Shown in pieces: positions 45,144 through 55,101 of a stretch of 59,096 nucleotides of DNA. The notes beneath the pieces are model-generated. The model made no database searches, was not told where the DNA came from, and was given only the letters and a program-made list of their open reading frames with translations. A program made the position numbers and the translations under genes. The stretch is from an uncultured Hippea sp. (GTDB lineage: Bacteria > Campylobacterota_A > Desulfurellia > JAADFJ01). The stretch is from positions 1 to 59,096 of the forward strand of contig CAJVZA010000002.1 in assembly GCA_913009315.1 (NCBI GenBank). Reading direction: 5' to 3'. Within the stretch, counting starts at the first letter, position 1. Every line of letters begins with the position of its first letter.

Positions 45144-46375
45144 AAAAGATCGTTTTGGTCGGCAAGGCAAATTCCGGCAAATCTACTCTTTTTAATCTGC
45201 TTGTTGGAAAAAATATAGCAATGGTTGGTGATACAAAAGGATTGACCAGAGATTTGATAAAACGCAAAATAAGCAGGAACGGGCAATATTCAATTCTAAT
45301 AGATTCCGGCGGGCTGGGAGCTCGCTTCACGGATGAGGTTGGTGCTAAAAGAGATGAGGCAATAGAGCAATCCGATAAAATCATATTTATGTGTGATGCA
45401 ACGAGCAGGTTTGATGATGAGGATGAAAAGATATACAAAAAGATTTTGCGATCAAAAAAACCGTTTATATCTGTGCTGAATAAGGTTGATAACAAAATTT
45501 GCAATATTGATAAAAGTTTTTACAGATTGGGTAATTTTTATAAAATCTCTGCTAAACAAAGACGCATAGAACAGATTATCAGTTTTATGTTCGAGAATTC
45601 CGGAGAAGAAGCTGCTGCTGAGTCTGATGCATCAAAGATTGCTATTGTCGGAAGGCCTAATGCCGGTAAATCTTCTATTGTCAACAGAATATTAAATAAG
45701 GATCAAAATATCGTATCTGATATTCCGGGAACCACAATTGACACAATTGACAGTTTGATTAAAACAGAATACGGTAATTTTATACTTATTGACACGGCGG
45801 GATTAACCCGCAAGAAAAAGGATTCGGATTGGGAGATTGCCAAAGCTAAGGCGTTGGCAATGATAGCTGCATCAAAAATAGTAATGCTGATATTTGATAT
45901 AACAGAGGGTATTACAAAAGAAGACACTCTGATAGCGTCGAACGCGATACACAACAAGAAAGGACTGCTTCTGGTGGCAAACAAGATTGACAAAATCGAT
46001 TCCGATATAACGAAATACGAGAGATGGTTCAGATCTTATTACAAATTTCTGTCTTATTATCCGCTAATTCTGACAAGCGCCAAAACAAGCCGCAACTTCA
46101 GCACAATAGTAAAAAGACTGAAAAGCGTAGAGAAGTCTCTTGAGCGAAAAATATCAAAAAAGGAACTCGATCAGTTTACAGACAGATATCTGCCGAAAAT
46201 AGGAGCATCATATATCTATCAAAAAAATGAGACGTATCCGCTGTTTGTAATAAAGGTTCAAAAAGGCTATAATGATCGCAACACAAAATATATAAGAAAT
46301 CGGCTTTATAAAGATTTTGATTTTTATGGTGCACCGGTTGAGGTTAGGGTTATAAAAAAAGAGAGGAGACAATGA
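45140..46375 (+). CDS. der: ribosome biogenesis GTPase Der (EngA), two GTPase domains
   Basis: GKANSGKSTLFN and GRPNAGKSSIVN are two G1 motifs, with DSGG/DTAG G3 motifs and a C-terminal KH-like domain. Confidence 0.88.
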   Translation: MKKIVLVGKANSGKSTLFNLLVGKNIAMVGDTKGLTRDLIKRKISRNGQYSILIDSGGLGARFTDEVGAKRDEAIEQSDKIIFMCDATSRFDDEDEKIYKKILRSKKPFISVLNKVDNKICNIDKSFYRLGNFYKISAKQRRIEQIISFMFENSGEEAAAESDASKIAIVGRPNAGKSSIVNRILNKDQNIVSDIPGTTIDTIDSLIKTEYGNFILIDTAGLTRKKKDSDWEIAKAKALAMIAASKIVMLIFDITEGITKEDTLIASNAIHNKKGLLLVANKIDKIDSDITKYERWFRSYYKFLSYYPLILTSAKTSRNFSTIVKRLKSVEKSLERKISKKELDQFTDRYLPKIGASYIYQKNETYPLFVIKVQKGYNDRNTKYIRNRLYKDFDFYGAPVEVRVIKKERRQ

Positions 46376-47316
46376 AACATTTTTTGAGACTCACAGATTT
46401 GTCAAAAGACGAACTGTATGAAATAATTGATCTTGCAATTGATGTTAAGAAAAAACCTATTTCTAACAGAATGGGCGGAAAAACCCTGGGACTTCTGTTT
46501 GAAAAGCCTTCAACCAGAACGAGAGTTTCGTTTGAAGCGGGATTTTATCAGATGGGAGGTAATTGCGTTGTTATAACTCCTCAAACCAGCCAGATCTCGC
46601 GCGGTGAAACGATTGAAGATACTGCAAAGGTTTTATCGAGATATCTTGATATGATTGCAATAAGAACGTTCGACCATGAAAGGATCGAACAATTTGCCGG
46701 GAACGCCTCTATTCCGGTTATAAACGCCTTGACAAATCTTACTCACCCATGCCAGCTTTTAGCTGATATGATGACAGTTGTCGAGAAAAAAGGGAGGAGG
46801 TTTGATTCAATGAAGATTGCATACTTTGGAGATGGAAATAATATGGCCAATACATGGATCGAAGCTGCTTCGATTTTCGGTTTTCATCTTTCCGTTGCTA
46901 CTCCTCAGGATTTTGCTCCGAATGCAGCAATTCTGCATCAAGCTATTACATATTCCGGCAATAAAAATAATATCGAAATTACCGATAATCCTCGGGAGGC
47001 AGCTAAAGATGCCGATCTGCTTTATACGGATGTATGGAACAGCATGAATCAGAAAGAAAGTAATGAAAAGATCATCAATCTGAAAAACTATCAGGTGAAT
47101 CAGGAGCTTGCAGAGCTGGCAAAACCTGACTTTCTATTTATGCACTGTTTGCCGGCTCACGTAGGACAGGAGGTTTCCGAATCGGTTTATAGAAGCAAGC
47201 ATTCTGTGATATATCAGGAGGCTGAGAATAGATTGCATACGCAAAAAGCGCTTATGCTGAAATTAATTGAATTAAATCTGCAGGAGGATTTGGGGGTACT
47301 GTATGAAAAAGATTAA
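46372..47316 (+). CDS. argF: ornithine carbamoyltransferase
   Basis: FEKPSTRTRVSFE, HPCQLLAD and HCLPA. Confidence 0.93.
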   Translation: MKHFLRLTDLSKDELYEIIDLAIDVKKKPISNRMGGKTLGLLFEKPSTRTRVSFEAGFYQMGGNCVVITPQTSQISRGETIEDTAKVLSRYLDMIAIRTFDHERIEQFAGNASIPVINALTNLTHPCQLLADMMTVVEKKGRRFDSMKIAYFGDGNNMANTWIEAASIFGFHLSVATPQDFAPNAAILHQAITYSGNKNNIEITDNPREAAKDADLLYTDVWNSMNQKESNEKIINLKNYQVNQELAELAKPDFLFMHCLPAHVGQEVSESVYRSKHSVIYQEAENRLHTQKALMLKLIELNLQEDLGVLYEKD

Positions 47317-48499
47317 AAAGATTGTGGTTGCGTACTCAGGAGGACTTGATACATCAATAATCGTAAAATGGCTTAAAGATAAATATGACTGTGATGTTGT
47401 GTGCTATACTGCCGATCTCGGGCAAAACGAACCCCTGGGTCATATTAAAGAAAAGGCTATGAAAACAGGAGCCTCAGCTGCTTATGTTGAGGATCTTCAA
47501 GAGGAATTTGTAGAGAATTTTGTTTTAAATGCTATAAAGGCCAATGCGCTCTATGAGGATAAATACCCTATGGCAACAGCGCTTGGGCGACCGCTAATTG
47601 CAAAAAGACTGGTTGAAATAGCCCATGAGGAAAATGCCGATGCGATCTGCCACGGCTCTACCGGAAAAGGCAACGATCAGGTGCGATTTGAGGTTTCGAT
47701 TGCGGCACTTGACCCTGATATCAAGGTTGTGGCTCCGCTCAGAACATGGGAACTTAAATCAAGGGATGCAGAGATTGAATATGCCAAAAGTTGCGGCATA
47801 GAGATTCCGGTTACAAAGGCATCTCCATACAGCATCGATAGAAATATATGGGGAATTGCAGTTGAGTGCGGAGTTCTGGAAGATCCTATGAACAGAGCAC
47901 CCGATGATGTATGGAGTATGACAATAAACCCTCAAAACGCTCCTGAAAGTCCTGAAGAGATAACTATAAGTTTTGATGAGGGCAAGCCTGCGGCAATCAA
48001 CGGCAAAAAACTAAGTCTTCTGGAAATAATCAAGAGATTAAACAAGACAGCCGGATCTCACGGAGTCGGCAGAATAGATATGGTAGAAAATCGTCTTGTA
48101 GGCATCAAGTCCCGCGAGGTATATGAGGCACCTGCGGCTGTAACGTTGATAGCTGCACATAAGGCGCTTGAAGAGCTGATTTTTGACCGTGAAACACTTC
48201 ATTTCAACAGTATTATGAGCTCTAAATATTCAGAGCTTGTTTATTATGGATGGTGGTTCTCTGATTTAAGAAAAGCTTTGGATAGTTATTTTAATTCACT
48301 TCAGGGGTATGCGACCGGTAATGTAAGAGTAAAATTTTACAAGGGCAGCATAAGTGTGACCGGAAAAGAGTCTCCGTATTCATTATATAACAAGAATCTT
48401 GCAACATATGGAACCGAAGATAGTTTTAAACACAGCTACGGAGAGGCATTTTGCTATTTATGGGGATTACCGCTTAGGGAAAGAGCAGCGAATAGATGA
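47303..48499 (+). CDS. argG: argininosuccinate synthase
   Basis: [11 protein letters not shown] and [13 protein letters not shown]. Confidence 0.95.
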   Translation: MKKIKKIVVAYSGGLDTSIIVKWLKDKYDCDVVCYTADLGQNEPLGHIKEKAMKTGASAAYVEDLQEEFVENFVLNAIKANALYEDKYPMATALGRPLIAKRLVEIAHEENADAICHGSTGKGNDQVRFEVSIAALDPDIKVVAPLRTWELKSRDAEIEYAKSCGIEIPVTKASPYSIDRNIWGIAVECGVLEDPMNRAPDDVWSMTINPQNAPESPEEITISFDEGKPAAINGKKLSLLEIIKRLNKTAGSHGVGRIDMVENRLVGIKSREVYEAPAAVTLIAAHKALEELIFDRETLHFNSIMSSKYSELVYYGWWFSDLRKALDSYFNSLQGYATGNVRVKFYKGSISVTGKESPYSLYNKNLATYGTEDSFKHSYGEAFCYLWGLPLRERAANR

Positions 48500-48906
48500 A
48501 ATATGGCGAGCAGGCTGTAGAAAAGGCTGAGCTGGAAAGATGGAAAAACAACATTACCGACCATGATTATGTCGTAACAATGGAGTTTCCTGAATTTACA
48601 TGCCTGTGCCCCCGATCCGGATATCCTGACTTTGCAACTATAAAAGTTGAGTATATTCCGGATGAGTATGTCATTGAACTTAAATCCTTTAAACTTTATT
48701 TAAATCGCTATAGAAGCAGACATATTTCTCATGAAGATGCAACTAATCAGATATATGATGATCTTAAAAAAATCTTAAAGCCAAAATTTATTCAGGTAAT
48801 TGGAGATTTCGCTTCAAGAGGAAATCTTAAAACTACAATAAGGGTATCAAGCAGGATTAATGAAAGTACACCGATGGAAAACAGACGCACCGGCAAAAAC
48901 AATTAG
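48496..48906 (+). CDS. queF: NADPH-dependent 7-cyano-7-deazaguanine reductase (type I)
   Basis: [13 protein letters not shown] (catalytic Cys) and ELKSFKLYL (QueF motif). Confidence 0.9.
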   Translation: MKYGEQAVEKAELERWKNNITDHDYVVTMEFPEFTCLCPRSGYPDFATIKVEYIPDEYVIELKSFKLYLNRYRSRHISHEDATNQIYDDLKKILKPKFIQVIGDFASRGNLKTTIRVSSRINESTPMENRRTGKNN

Positions 48907-49300
48907 AATCGGCAGGATTATCGGAAGATGGGCAAAAATCGCAGCGAGACGCAAAACTGTTGTGATTTTTTTGGAAGGAGAGATGGGATCGGGAAAAACA
49001 ACGTTTGCAAGCGGTATAATTTCCGGAGCGGGTATAAATACAAGCAAATTTGCAGGAAGCCCGTCATATACGATAGCTAATCAGTATGAGGGGGATTTGA
49101 GGATAAACCACATTGATTTTTGGCGCTATAATCTGCAGCAATATAATAAAGATATGATATTGGAAGAGTTTTCTAACTACTTAGATGATGATATAACAAT
49201 TATAGAGTGGGGCAAACAGCTGGAGAAATCAATTGACGGTTATATCAGAATAAAAATATCAGGAGATAAAAAACGAACAGTAGTGCTGACTGCCGGATAG
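48860..49300 (+). CDS. tsaE: tRNA threonylcarbamoyladenosine biosynthesis ATPase TsaE
   Basis: [17 protein letters not shown] (P-loop), SPSYTI and H.D.WR. The gene overlaps the queF tail by 47 nt. Confidence 0.85.
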   Translation: MKVHRWKTDAPAKTIRIGRIIGRWAKIAARRKTVVIFLEGEMGSGKTTFASGIISGAGINTSKFAGSPSYTIANQYEGDLRINHIDFWRYNLQQYNKDMILEEFSNYLDDDITIIEWGKQLEKSIDGYIRIKISGDKKRTVVLTAG

Positions 49301-50067
49301 ACGGCAATACAAAAATTTATGCTGTTATAGGAAATCCCGTCAGTCATTCTATGAGTCCTTCCATACAAAACAGATTATTTAAAAAACATAACTTAAATGC
49401 CGTTTATATACCGATACAAACAGGCGATCTCCGGACTGTTGTCTCTTCAATTAAAGTGACTGAAAATTTTATGGGCGCAAATATTACCATACCATATAAA
49501 GAAGCAATAATACCTTTACTGGATGAAATTTCTGAAGATGCCCGGTTCTGCGGAGCAGTAAATACAATATATAAGAACGCGGGCAGACTTTGCGGTGCAA
49601 ACAGCGATATTGACGGCTTTAAAGAAGCACTGAAATATGACCTCGGATTTGATATCAAGAACGGCGATGCAGCGATTCTTGGGACAGGCGGTGCGGCAAG
49701 AGCTGTTATAGCGGCGATTGGAAATCTGGCTAAATCTATAACAATAATAAGCAGAAACAGGAGCAGCGCAAAAACATTGATCGAACAATTTTCAGGCAGA
49801 GTGGCTGCGCAATTTTATGTAAAGAGCTGGGACGATGAGCTTAATGTCGATCTTATTATTAATGCAACACCAATCGGACTAAATGGAGAACTCCTGCCTA
49901 TAAATTTTGGAAAAAGCGCACTTTTTGATCTGGTATATTCAAAAAATAATACTCCAATTGTTGCATTATTCAAAAAATGCGGCAATAATGCAATAGATGG
50001 AAAACAGATGCTTAACAGACAAGCTGAAATCAGCTTTGCCATCTGGCAACGTTTTGGTGATTATTAG
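49297..50067 (+). CDS. aroE: shikimate dehydrogenase
   Basis: ORF 49351..50067 lacks the conserved N-terminus. The in-frame upstream codons read [25 protein letters not shown] (AroE motif GNP..HS.SP). The open frame from 49270 has no ATG/GTG/TTG; the candidates are ATA at 49297 and ATT at 49315. Confidence 0.75.
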   Translation: MDGNTKIYAVIGNPVSHSMSPSIQNRLFKKHNLNAVYIPIQTGDLRTVVSSIKVTENFMGANITIPYKEAIIPLLDEISEDARFCGAVNTIYKNAGRLCGANSDIDGFKEALKYDLGFDIKNGDAAILGTGGAARAVIAAIGNLAKSITIISRNRSSAKTLIEQFSGRVAAQFYVKSWDDELNVDLIINATPIGLNGELLPINFGKSALFDLVYSKNNTPIVALFKKCGNNAIDGKQMLNRQAEISFAIWQRFGDY

Positions 50068-51807
50068 ATGCTCTTAGGAGAGATACTTCTCTGGTCGGGT
50101 AAGCTAACGCGGGATCAAATAAAAAAGGCGCTGGAAATACAGAAAAAGACAGGCAAGATGCTTGGTCAGATTGTTGTTGAGCAGGGATATATAACAGAAG
50201 ATGAATTAATGCACTACCTGTCCAAAAAAATAGGCGTCCAATATCAAAAGTTGATCGAAGATGAAATTGATAAGGAAGCTGTTGACCTTGTTCCTGAAAG
50301 TCTGGCAAAGAAATATCAATTGATACCTGTAAAAAGAGGAGTATACGAAATAACCGTTGCCATGACTGATCCTACAAACCTTCTGGCAATTGATGAAATA
50401 CGATTTGCTACCGGATTAAAGGTTGCGCCTGTTCTCGCTAAACAGTCTGAAATTCTTAATCTGATAGATATTTTTTATTCCAAATCCGGTACCGATATTG
50501 CAAAACTTACTTCGGACAACATAAGTGAATTTTCGTTCAATGAGGGCGGGGAACTGGATCTGGCAGAGGAGACCGACAGCGGATTCGATATTGATGCGGC
50601 AAAAAGAAGCTCCGAAGAAAAGCCGATTATACAGCTTGTCAATAAGGTGATATATGGTGCGATTTCCGAGAGATGTTCGGATATTCATTTTGAGCCTTAT
50701 GAAACAAGTTTTAGAATAAGATACAGAATAGACGGCATTCTTGAAACTATTGTTAGTCCTCCTAAAAAACTTGCTCCCGCCATAATCAGCCGTGTAAAAA
50801 TTATGTCTAAGCTTGATATTGCGGAACGAAGACTGCCGCAGGATGGACGGATAAGGGTGCATTTGAACACAAAAAAGGGTCGCAAATCTATTGATATCAG
50901 GATCTCCACAATACCTACGGTATATGGTGAAAAAGTAGTTATGCGGCTGCTCGATAAAGATAATCTTAGGACCGATTTAAGAGACCTGGGTCTGGAAGAG
51001 AATGATCTGAAAAAGTTAAAAAATGCCCTGGTTTCGCCTTATGGCATTATTCTTGCCGCCGGGCCTACGGGATCAGGAAAATCAACTACGCTTTATGCCG
51101 CATTGTCAACGCTTAATAAGCAGGACGTAAATATTATGACTGCTGAAGATCCGGTTGAGTACGATCTTGAGGGTATTAACCAGGTTTATGTGAAAGAGGC
51201 AATAGGACTTACATTTTCAGCTGCCCTTAGGAGCTTTTTAAGGCAGGATCCGGATATCATAATGGTAGGTGAAATAAGAGACACCGAAACTGCTGATATT
51301 GCTGCAAGAGCGGCGCTTACGGGACACCTGGTTCTCTCAACTATTCATACAAATGATGCGCCGTCTACAATAACAAGATTGATTGATATGGGAATAGAAC
51401 CGTATTTAATTGCAAGTTCGCTCAACTGTATAATATCTCAGAGATTGATAAGAAAAATTTGTCCGAAATGCAAGCATAAGGTTGAAGTTTCTCAGGCAGA
51501 ACTGTTAAATATCGGGTTTGACGAACAGGAGGCGGCGTCCGTTAATATCTATGAAGGCGCCGGCTGCAAGTATTGCAGAAATAGCGGATATCGAGACAGG
51601 ATAGCCATTTATGAACTGCTTGAGATAACAGAGAATATTAAAGAAGCAATACTGCAAAATCGTTCGATATCCAGACTTAGAGAAATTGCGAAAGACGAAT
51701 CTTTGATAAGTTTAAGAGAAAACGGACTACGAAAGGTTAAAAAGGGGATAACCACAATTTCTGAGATTCTTAGAGTAACTGTTATGCATAAAAGGAGCAA
51801 TCAATGA
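50068..51807 (+). CDS. pilB: type IV pilus assembly ATPase PilB (GspE family)
   Basis: An N-terminal MshEN/T2SSE_N repeat, GPTGSGKSTTLY (Walker A), the Asp box, IMVGEIRD, and a tetracysteine motif CPKC...CKYC. Confidence 0.9.
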   Translation: MLLGEILLWSGKLTRDQIKKALEIQKKTGKMLGQIVVEQGYITEDELMHYLSKKIGVQYQKLIEDEIDKEAVDLVPESLAKKYQLIPVKRGVYEITVAMTDPTNLLAIDEIRFATGLKVAPVLAKQSEILNLIDIFYSKSGTDIAKLTSDNISEFSFNEGGELDLAEETDSGFDIDAAKRSSEEKPIIQLVNKVIYGAISERCSDIHFEPYETSFRIRYRIDGILETIVSPPKKLAPAIISRVKIMSKLDIAERRLPQDGRIRVHLNTKKGRKSIDIRISTIPTVYGEKVVMRLLDKDNLRTDLRDLGLEENDLKKLKNALVSPYGIILAAGPTGSGKSTTLYAALSTLNKQDVNIMTAEDPVEYDLEGINQVYVKEAIGLTFSAALRSFLRQDPDIIMVGEIRDTETADIAARAALTGHLVLSTIHTNDAPSTITRLIDMGIEPYLIASSLNCIISQRLIRKICPKCKHKVEVSQAELLNIGFDEQEAASVNIYEGAGCKYCRNSGYRDRIAIYELLEITENIKEAILQNRSISRLREIAKDESLISLRENGLRKVKKGITTISEILRVTVMHKRSNQ

Positions 51808-52901
51808 CGGGGAAAAAAAGTGCTGCAAGCCATCTATCACTGCAAACCATTTTGAGCAAAGCTGTTTTAGATGGCGGATCTGACATTCATATAGTGGCAG
51901 GTCTACCGCCTATGGTACGTAAAATAGGCAGCCTGTCACGAATTGAGGGCTATGAGAAACTTATGCCACCTGATACTATGCACCTTTGCTATTCAGTTAT
52001 GACAGATGCGCAAAGGCATCAGTTTGAGTCTGAATTCGAACTTGATTTTTCCTTCGGCATATCGGGTCTTGCCCGTTTCAGAGGTAATATTTCGTATCAG
52101 CGCGGTTCGATAGCCGGAGCGTTTAGAACCATACCTACGGAAATTCCTCCATTCGAAAAGCTTGGAATACCGCAGGTGGTTCAAAATTTCGCAAACCTTC
52201 CAAAAGGGCTTGTGCTTATTACCGGACCAACCGGTTCAGGCAAAAGTACCACGCTTGCCGCATTAATAGATAGGATCAATCACACCAAGGATGCCCACAT
52301 TATTACCATAGAAGATCCTATAGAATTTATTTATTCTCATGACAGATGCGTTGTCAATCAGAGAGAAGTAGGAAGTGATACCTTTTCATTTGCGCAAGCA
52401 TTAAAGCATGCATTAAGGCAGGATCCCGATATCATTTTAATTGGAGAGATGAGAGATTTGGAAACGATTACAATGGCACTTAGAGCGGCTGAAACAGGAC
52501 ATCTTGTTTTTGCAACTCTGCATACCAATTCTGCAGCCCAAACGATCAACAGAATTATTGATACATTTCCTGCAAATGAACAATCTCAGGTAAGGAGTGA
52601 GCTTTCTCTGACACTTGAGGGCGTTGTGAGTCAAACCCTGCTAAAAACCCTCGACCAGACAAAAAGAGTGCTTGCTATGGAGATACTTATAATAAATAAT
52701 GCCATAAGAAATCTTATAAGAGAAGACAAAGTTCATCAGATATATGCCTCAATGCAGGTTGGTCAGACGAAATATAATATGATAACAATGAACCAATCTC
52801 TGTACAATCTGTATATCAAAAGAAAAGTTGATTATGAGCATATTTTTGAGGCTTCTACAAAAAGAGAGGAGCTTGAAAATATGATCAAAAGAAAAAGATG
52901 A
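51804..52901 (+). CDS. pilT: twitching motility ATPase PilT
   Basis: GSDIHI, GPTGSGKSTTLAA, ILIGEMRD, GHLVFATLHT and AIRNLIRE. Confidence 0.92.
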   Translation: MTGKKSAASHLSLQTILSKAVLDGGSDIHIVAGLPPMVRKIGSLSRIEGYEKLMPPDTMHLCYSVMTDAQRHQFESEFELDFSFGISGLARFRGNISYQRGSIAGAFRTIPTEIPPFEKLGIPQVVQNFANLPKGLVLITGPTGSGKSTTLAALIDRINHTKDAHIITIEDPIEFIYSHDRCVVNQREVGSDTFSFAQALKHALRQDPDIILIGEMRDLETITMALRAAETGHLVFATLHTNSAAQTINRIIDTFPANEQSQVRSELSLTLEGVVSQTLLKTLDQTKRVLAMEILIINNAIRNLIREDKVHQIYASMQVGQTKYNMITMNQSLYNLYIKRKVDYEHIFEASTKREELENMIKRKR

Positions 52902-52941
52902 ACTGTGCAGTAAATTATAAACTAAAAAGCGGGGGGACAAT

Positions 52942-54147
52942 ATGACTGTTTATATATGGGAAGGAAGAAATAGAGCAGGTAATAAAAAGTCCGGAGAAAT
53001 TGCAGCAGAAAACAAGCAGAATGCCATAGAAAGACTTACCGGAGACGGGATTTTTGTCAAAAGTATAAAAGCAAAAGGCATTGAAATCAATCTAAGACTT
53101 TTTAAAAAAAAGATCAAAGAAAAAGATGTAGCAATTTTTACAAAAGGATTTTCCGTTATGATAGGTTCAGGTCTGCCGATTTTAGATAGTCTGGACATAC
53201 TTGCCGACCAGGAAAGGAACCCTGAATTTAAGAAGATTATAAAAGACGTGTATTCAAAGGTAGAAGGAGGATCTACTCTAACATTTGCTCTTTCAGGGCA
53301 TAAAGGAGTTTTCTCTGAACTTTATGTAAACTTGGTTGATTCCGGTGAAAAAAGCGGAACACTGGATGAGGTTACCAAACGACTCTCGGCATATCTTGAG
53401 AAAATGATAGCATTGAAACGAAAAATAAGAGGTGCTATGATATATCCAACAATGGTTAGTGCGGTTGCTGCCGGAGTTGTAGCATTAATATTAATCGTCG
53501 TTATTCCGTCGTTTGCATCGTTATATCAAAGCGCAGGGATGCTGCTTCCGCTTCCAACGCGAATTGTTGTTAATATAAGCGAAGCTTTGAGATCGTATTT
53601 TCTTTATATAATCGGAATAGCTGCGGCAATCTTTTTTTTATTCAAATATTTATATAAAAAGAGTTATAAGTTGCGAAAGGCGATTGATAAAGGGCTGCTT
53701 AATATTCCGATTTTTGGAATGCTGATTAAAAAGGCATCCATAGCGAGATTTACCAGAACGCTCGGATCTTTGATGAAAAGCGGTGTAGCCATACTTGAGG
53801 GCTTTGATATAATAGCCAAAACCGCAGGCAATATTATAATAGAAGAAAATCTATTGTCGATAAAAGATGATGTAGCTAACGGATCTTCCGTGGCGGAGCC
53901 GCTGCGAAAATCGGAACTTTTTCCACCTATGGTAAGCCATATGGTTTCCGTTGGTGAGAAAACCGGTAAATTAGATGAGATGTTGGAAAAAACAGCCGAT
54001 TACTATGAGGCAGAGGTGGATGATACTGTAAACAATCTTTCTACACTTATAGAACCGATTATCATTGTTATTTTAGGTGTTATAATAGGATTTATTGTAA
54101 TTGCAATGTATCTACCGATCTTTAGGCTTGGAACGGTTATTAAATAA
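52942..54147 (+). CDS. pilC: type IV pilus platform protein PilC (GspF family)
   Basis: 401 aa with two T2SSF repeats (ML.SG.PIL..L / V.VGE.TG.L) and three TM segments. Confidence 0.9.
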   Translation: MTVYIWEGRNRAGNKKSGEIAAENKQNAIERLTGDGIFVKSIKAKGIEINLRLFKKKIKEKDVAIFTKGFSVMIGSGLPILDSLDILADQERNPEFKKIIKDVYSKVEGGSTLTFALSGHKGVFSELYVNLVDSGEKSGTLDEVTKRLSAYLEKMIALKRKIRGAMIYPTMVSAVAAGVVALILIVVIPSFASLYQSAGMLLPLPTRIVVNISEALRSYFLYIIGIAAAIFFLFKYLYKKSYKLRKAIDKGLLNIPIFGMLIKKASIARFTRTLGSLMKSGVAILEGFDIIAKTAGNIIIEENLLSIKDDVANGSSVAEPLRKSELFPPMVSHMVSVGEKTGKLDEMLEKTADYYEAEVDDTVNNLSTLIEPIIIVILGVIIGFIVIAMYLPIFRLGTVIK

Positions 54148-54155
54148 TGAGACCA

Positions 54156-54185
54156 TTTCATTAATAGAATATTCTATTAATGAAA
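54156..54185. repeat. perfect AT-rich 15+15 palindrome just after pilC
   Basis: TTTCATTAATAGAAT/ATTCTATTAATGAAA, preceded by a partial family-1 end (TAATGAGACCA, 54146-54156). There is no flanking T run, so it is not a canonical terminator. Confidence 0.6.
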
Positions 54186-54258
54186 AAGGCCATGCAGCTT
54201 GACATAACTTTTATTTAAGCTATTCTATATTAAACTATTAGCTACCTCATGATTATAT

Positions 54259-54285
54259 TATCTATGCTATCTATGCTATCTATGC
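54259..54285 (+). repeat. 3 x 9-nt perfect tandem repeat (TATCTATGC)
   Basis: Read directly from the sequence. It lies about 90 nt upstream of the MarR-family gene. Confidence 0.9.
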
Positions 54286-54371
54286 GACCGACAAAGCAAT
54301 GTTAATATCGTAAAAGAAGGATACTTATGCGTAATATTTAATCGTTGCACTAAATTATGTTTGGAGAAAAG

Positions 54372-54854
54372 ATGGGAACTCATTACAGAGGAAGCAGGCA
54401 TGAAATCAATGTCCTTAATGCTTATATAAAGCTTATGAGGGCGGCGAATTCTATTACCGGAAGATTGGCAAAGGGTCTTAAACCTACCAGTCTGACAATG
54501 ACACAATTCAGCATATTGGAGACACTTTATCATTTAGGTCCCATGAATCAGCGCACACTTGGAGCAAAGGTTTTAAAGAGCAGCGGAAACATAACACTTG
54601 TGGTTGATAACCTTGAAAAAAGCGGGCTTGTAAAACGGGTACGCTCCAGATCTGACAGACGCTTTATAACTGTTTCTTTAACAAAAAAAGGCAAAGAGAC
54701 CATATCGGAGATTTTTCCGGATTATCTGTTTTTGATTGTTAATGAAATGGAAGTTATTGATGATAATGAGCTTAAAACGCTGGAGAACCTTTGCAAAATT
54801 TTAGGATTGCATAAAAGAGAGAACGACAAGTTAATTCTTGAAAAATCCTATTGA
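54372..54854 (+). CDS. MarR-family transcriptional regulator
   Basis: LTMTQFSILETLYHLGPMNQRTLGAKVLKSSGNITLVVDNLEKSGLVKRVRS..DRR is a winged HTH. The ATG at 54372 follows GGAGAA. ORF 54357..54854. Confidence 0.85.
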   Translation: MGTHYRGSRHEINVLNAYIKLMRAANSITGRLAKGLKPTSLTMTQFSILETLYHLGPMNQRTLGAKVLKSSGNITLVVDNLEKSGLVKRVRSRSDRRFITVSLTKKGKETISEIFPDYLFLIVNEMEVIDDNELKTLENLCKILGLHKRENDKLILEKSY

Positions 54855-54879
54855 CATGCAATCTTTTTTTGTGATAATT
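54851..54879 (+). promoter_or_regulatory. near-consensus sigma-70 promoter for tRNA-Thr
   Basis: TTGACA (54851-56), a 17-nt spacer, then ATAATT (54874-79). The tRNA 5' end lies 9 nt downstream. Confidence 0.6.
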
Positions 54880-54887
54880 GCCAGGAT

Positions 54888-54963
54888 GCCGGCGTAGCTC
54901 AGTTGGTAGAGCAGCTGATTTGTAATCAGCAGGTCACTGGTCCGATTCCAGCCGCCGGCTCCA
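54888..54963 (+). tRNA. tRNA-Thr (anticodon UGU) with encoded CCA
   Basis: Manual fold. The acceptor is GCCGGCG/CGCCGGC and the D arm is GCTC-AGTTGGTA-GAGC. The anticodon stem is GCTGA/TCAGC with loop TTTGTAA. The T arm is ACTGG-TCCGATT-CCAGC (one A-C mismatch), followed by discriminator T and CCA. Confidence 0.85.
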
Positions 54964-55101
54964 GTTATTACTCATATTATTCACTACTGTGAGCATATTG
55001 TTGGTCAAATTTTGGCAATAACCCTGACATTACCTGTAATTTACGCCTTGACGAGATTAATTCGGACTCTCAAATCTAAACTTAGAATTAGTAGAGCTGT
55101 C

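Noticed and set aside
52902-52941. ACTGTGCAGTAA in the pilT-pilC gap as another family-1 TIR copy
   Set aside because: Only about 12 nt resemble the core, and the diagnostic GAGACC/GGTCTC end is absent.
54156-54185. Palindrome after pilC as an intrinsic terminator
   Set aside because: The stem is entirely A/T-rich with essentially no loop and is not followed by a U tract on either strand. It is recorded as a repeat only.
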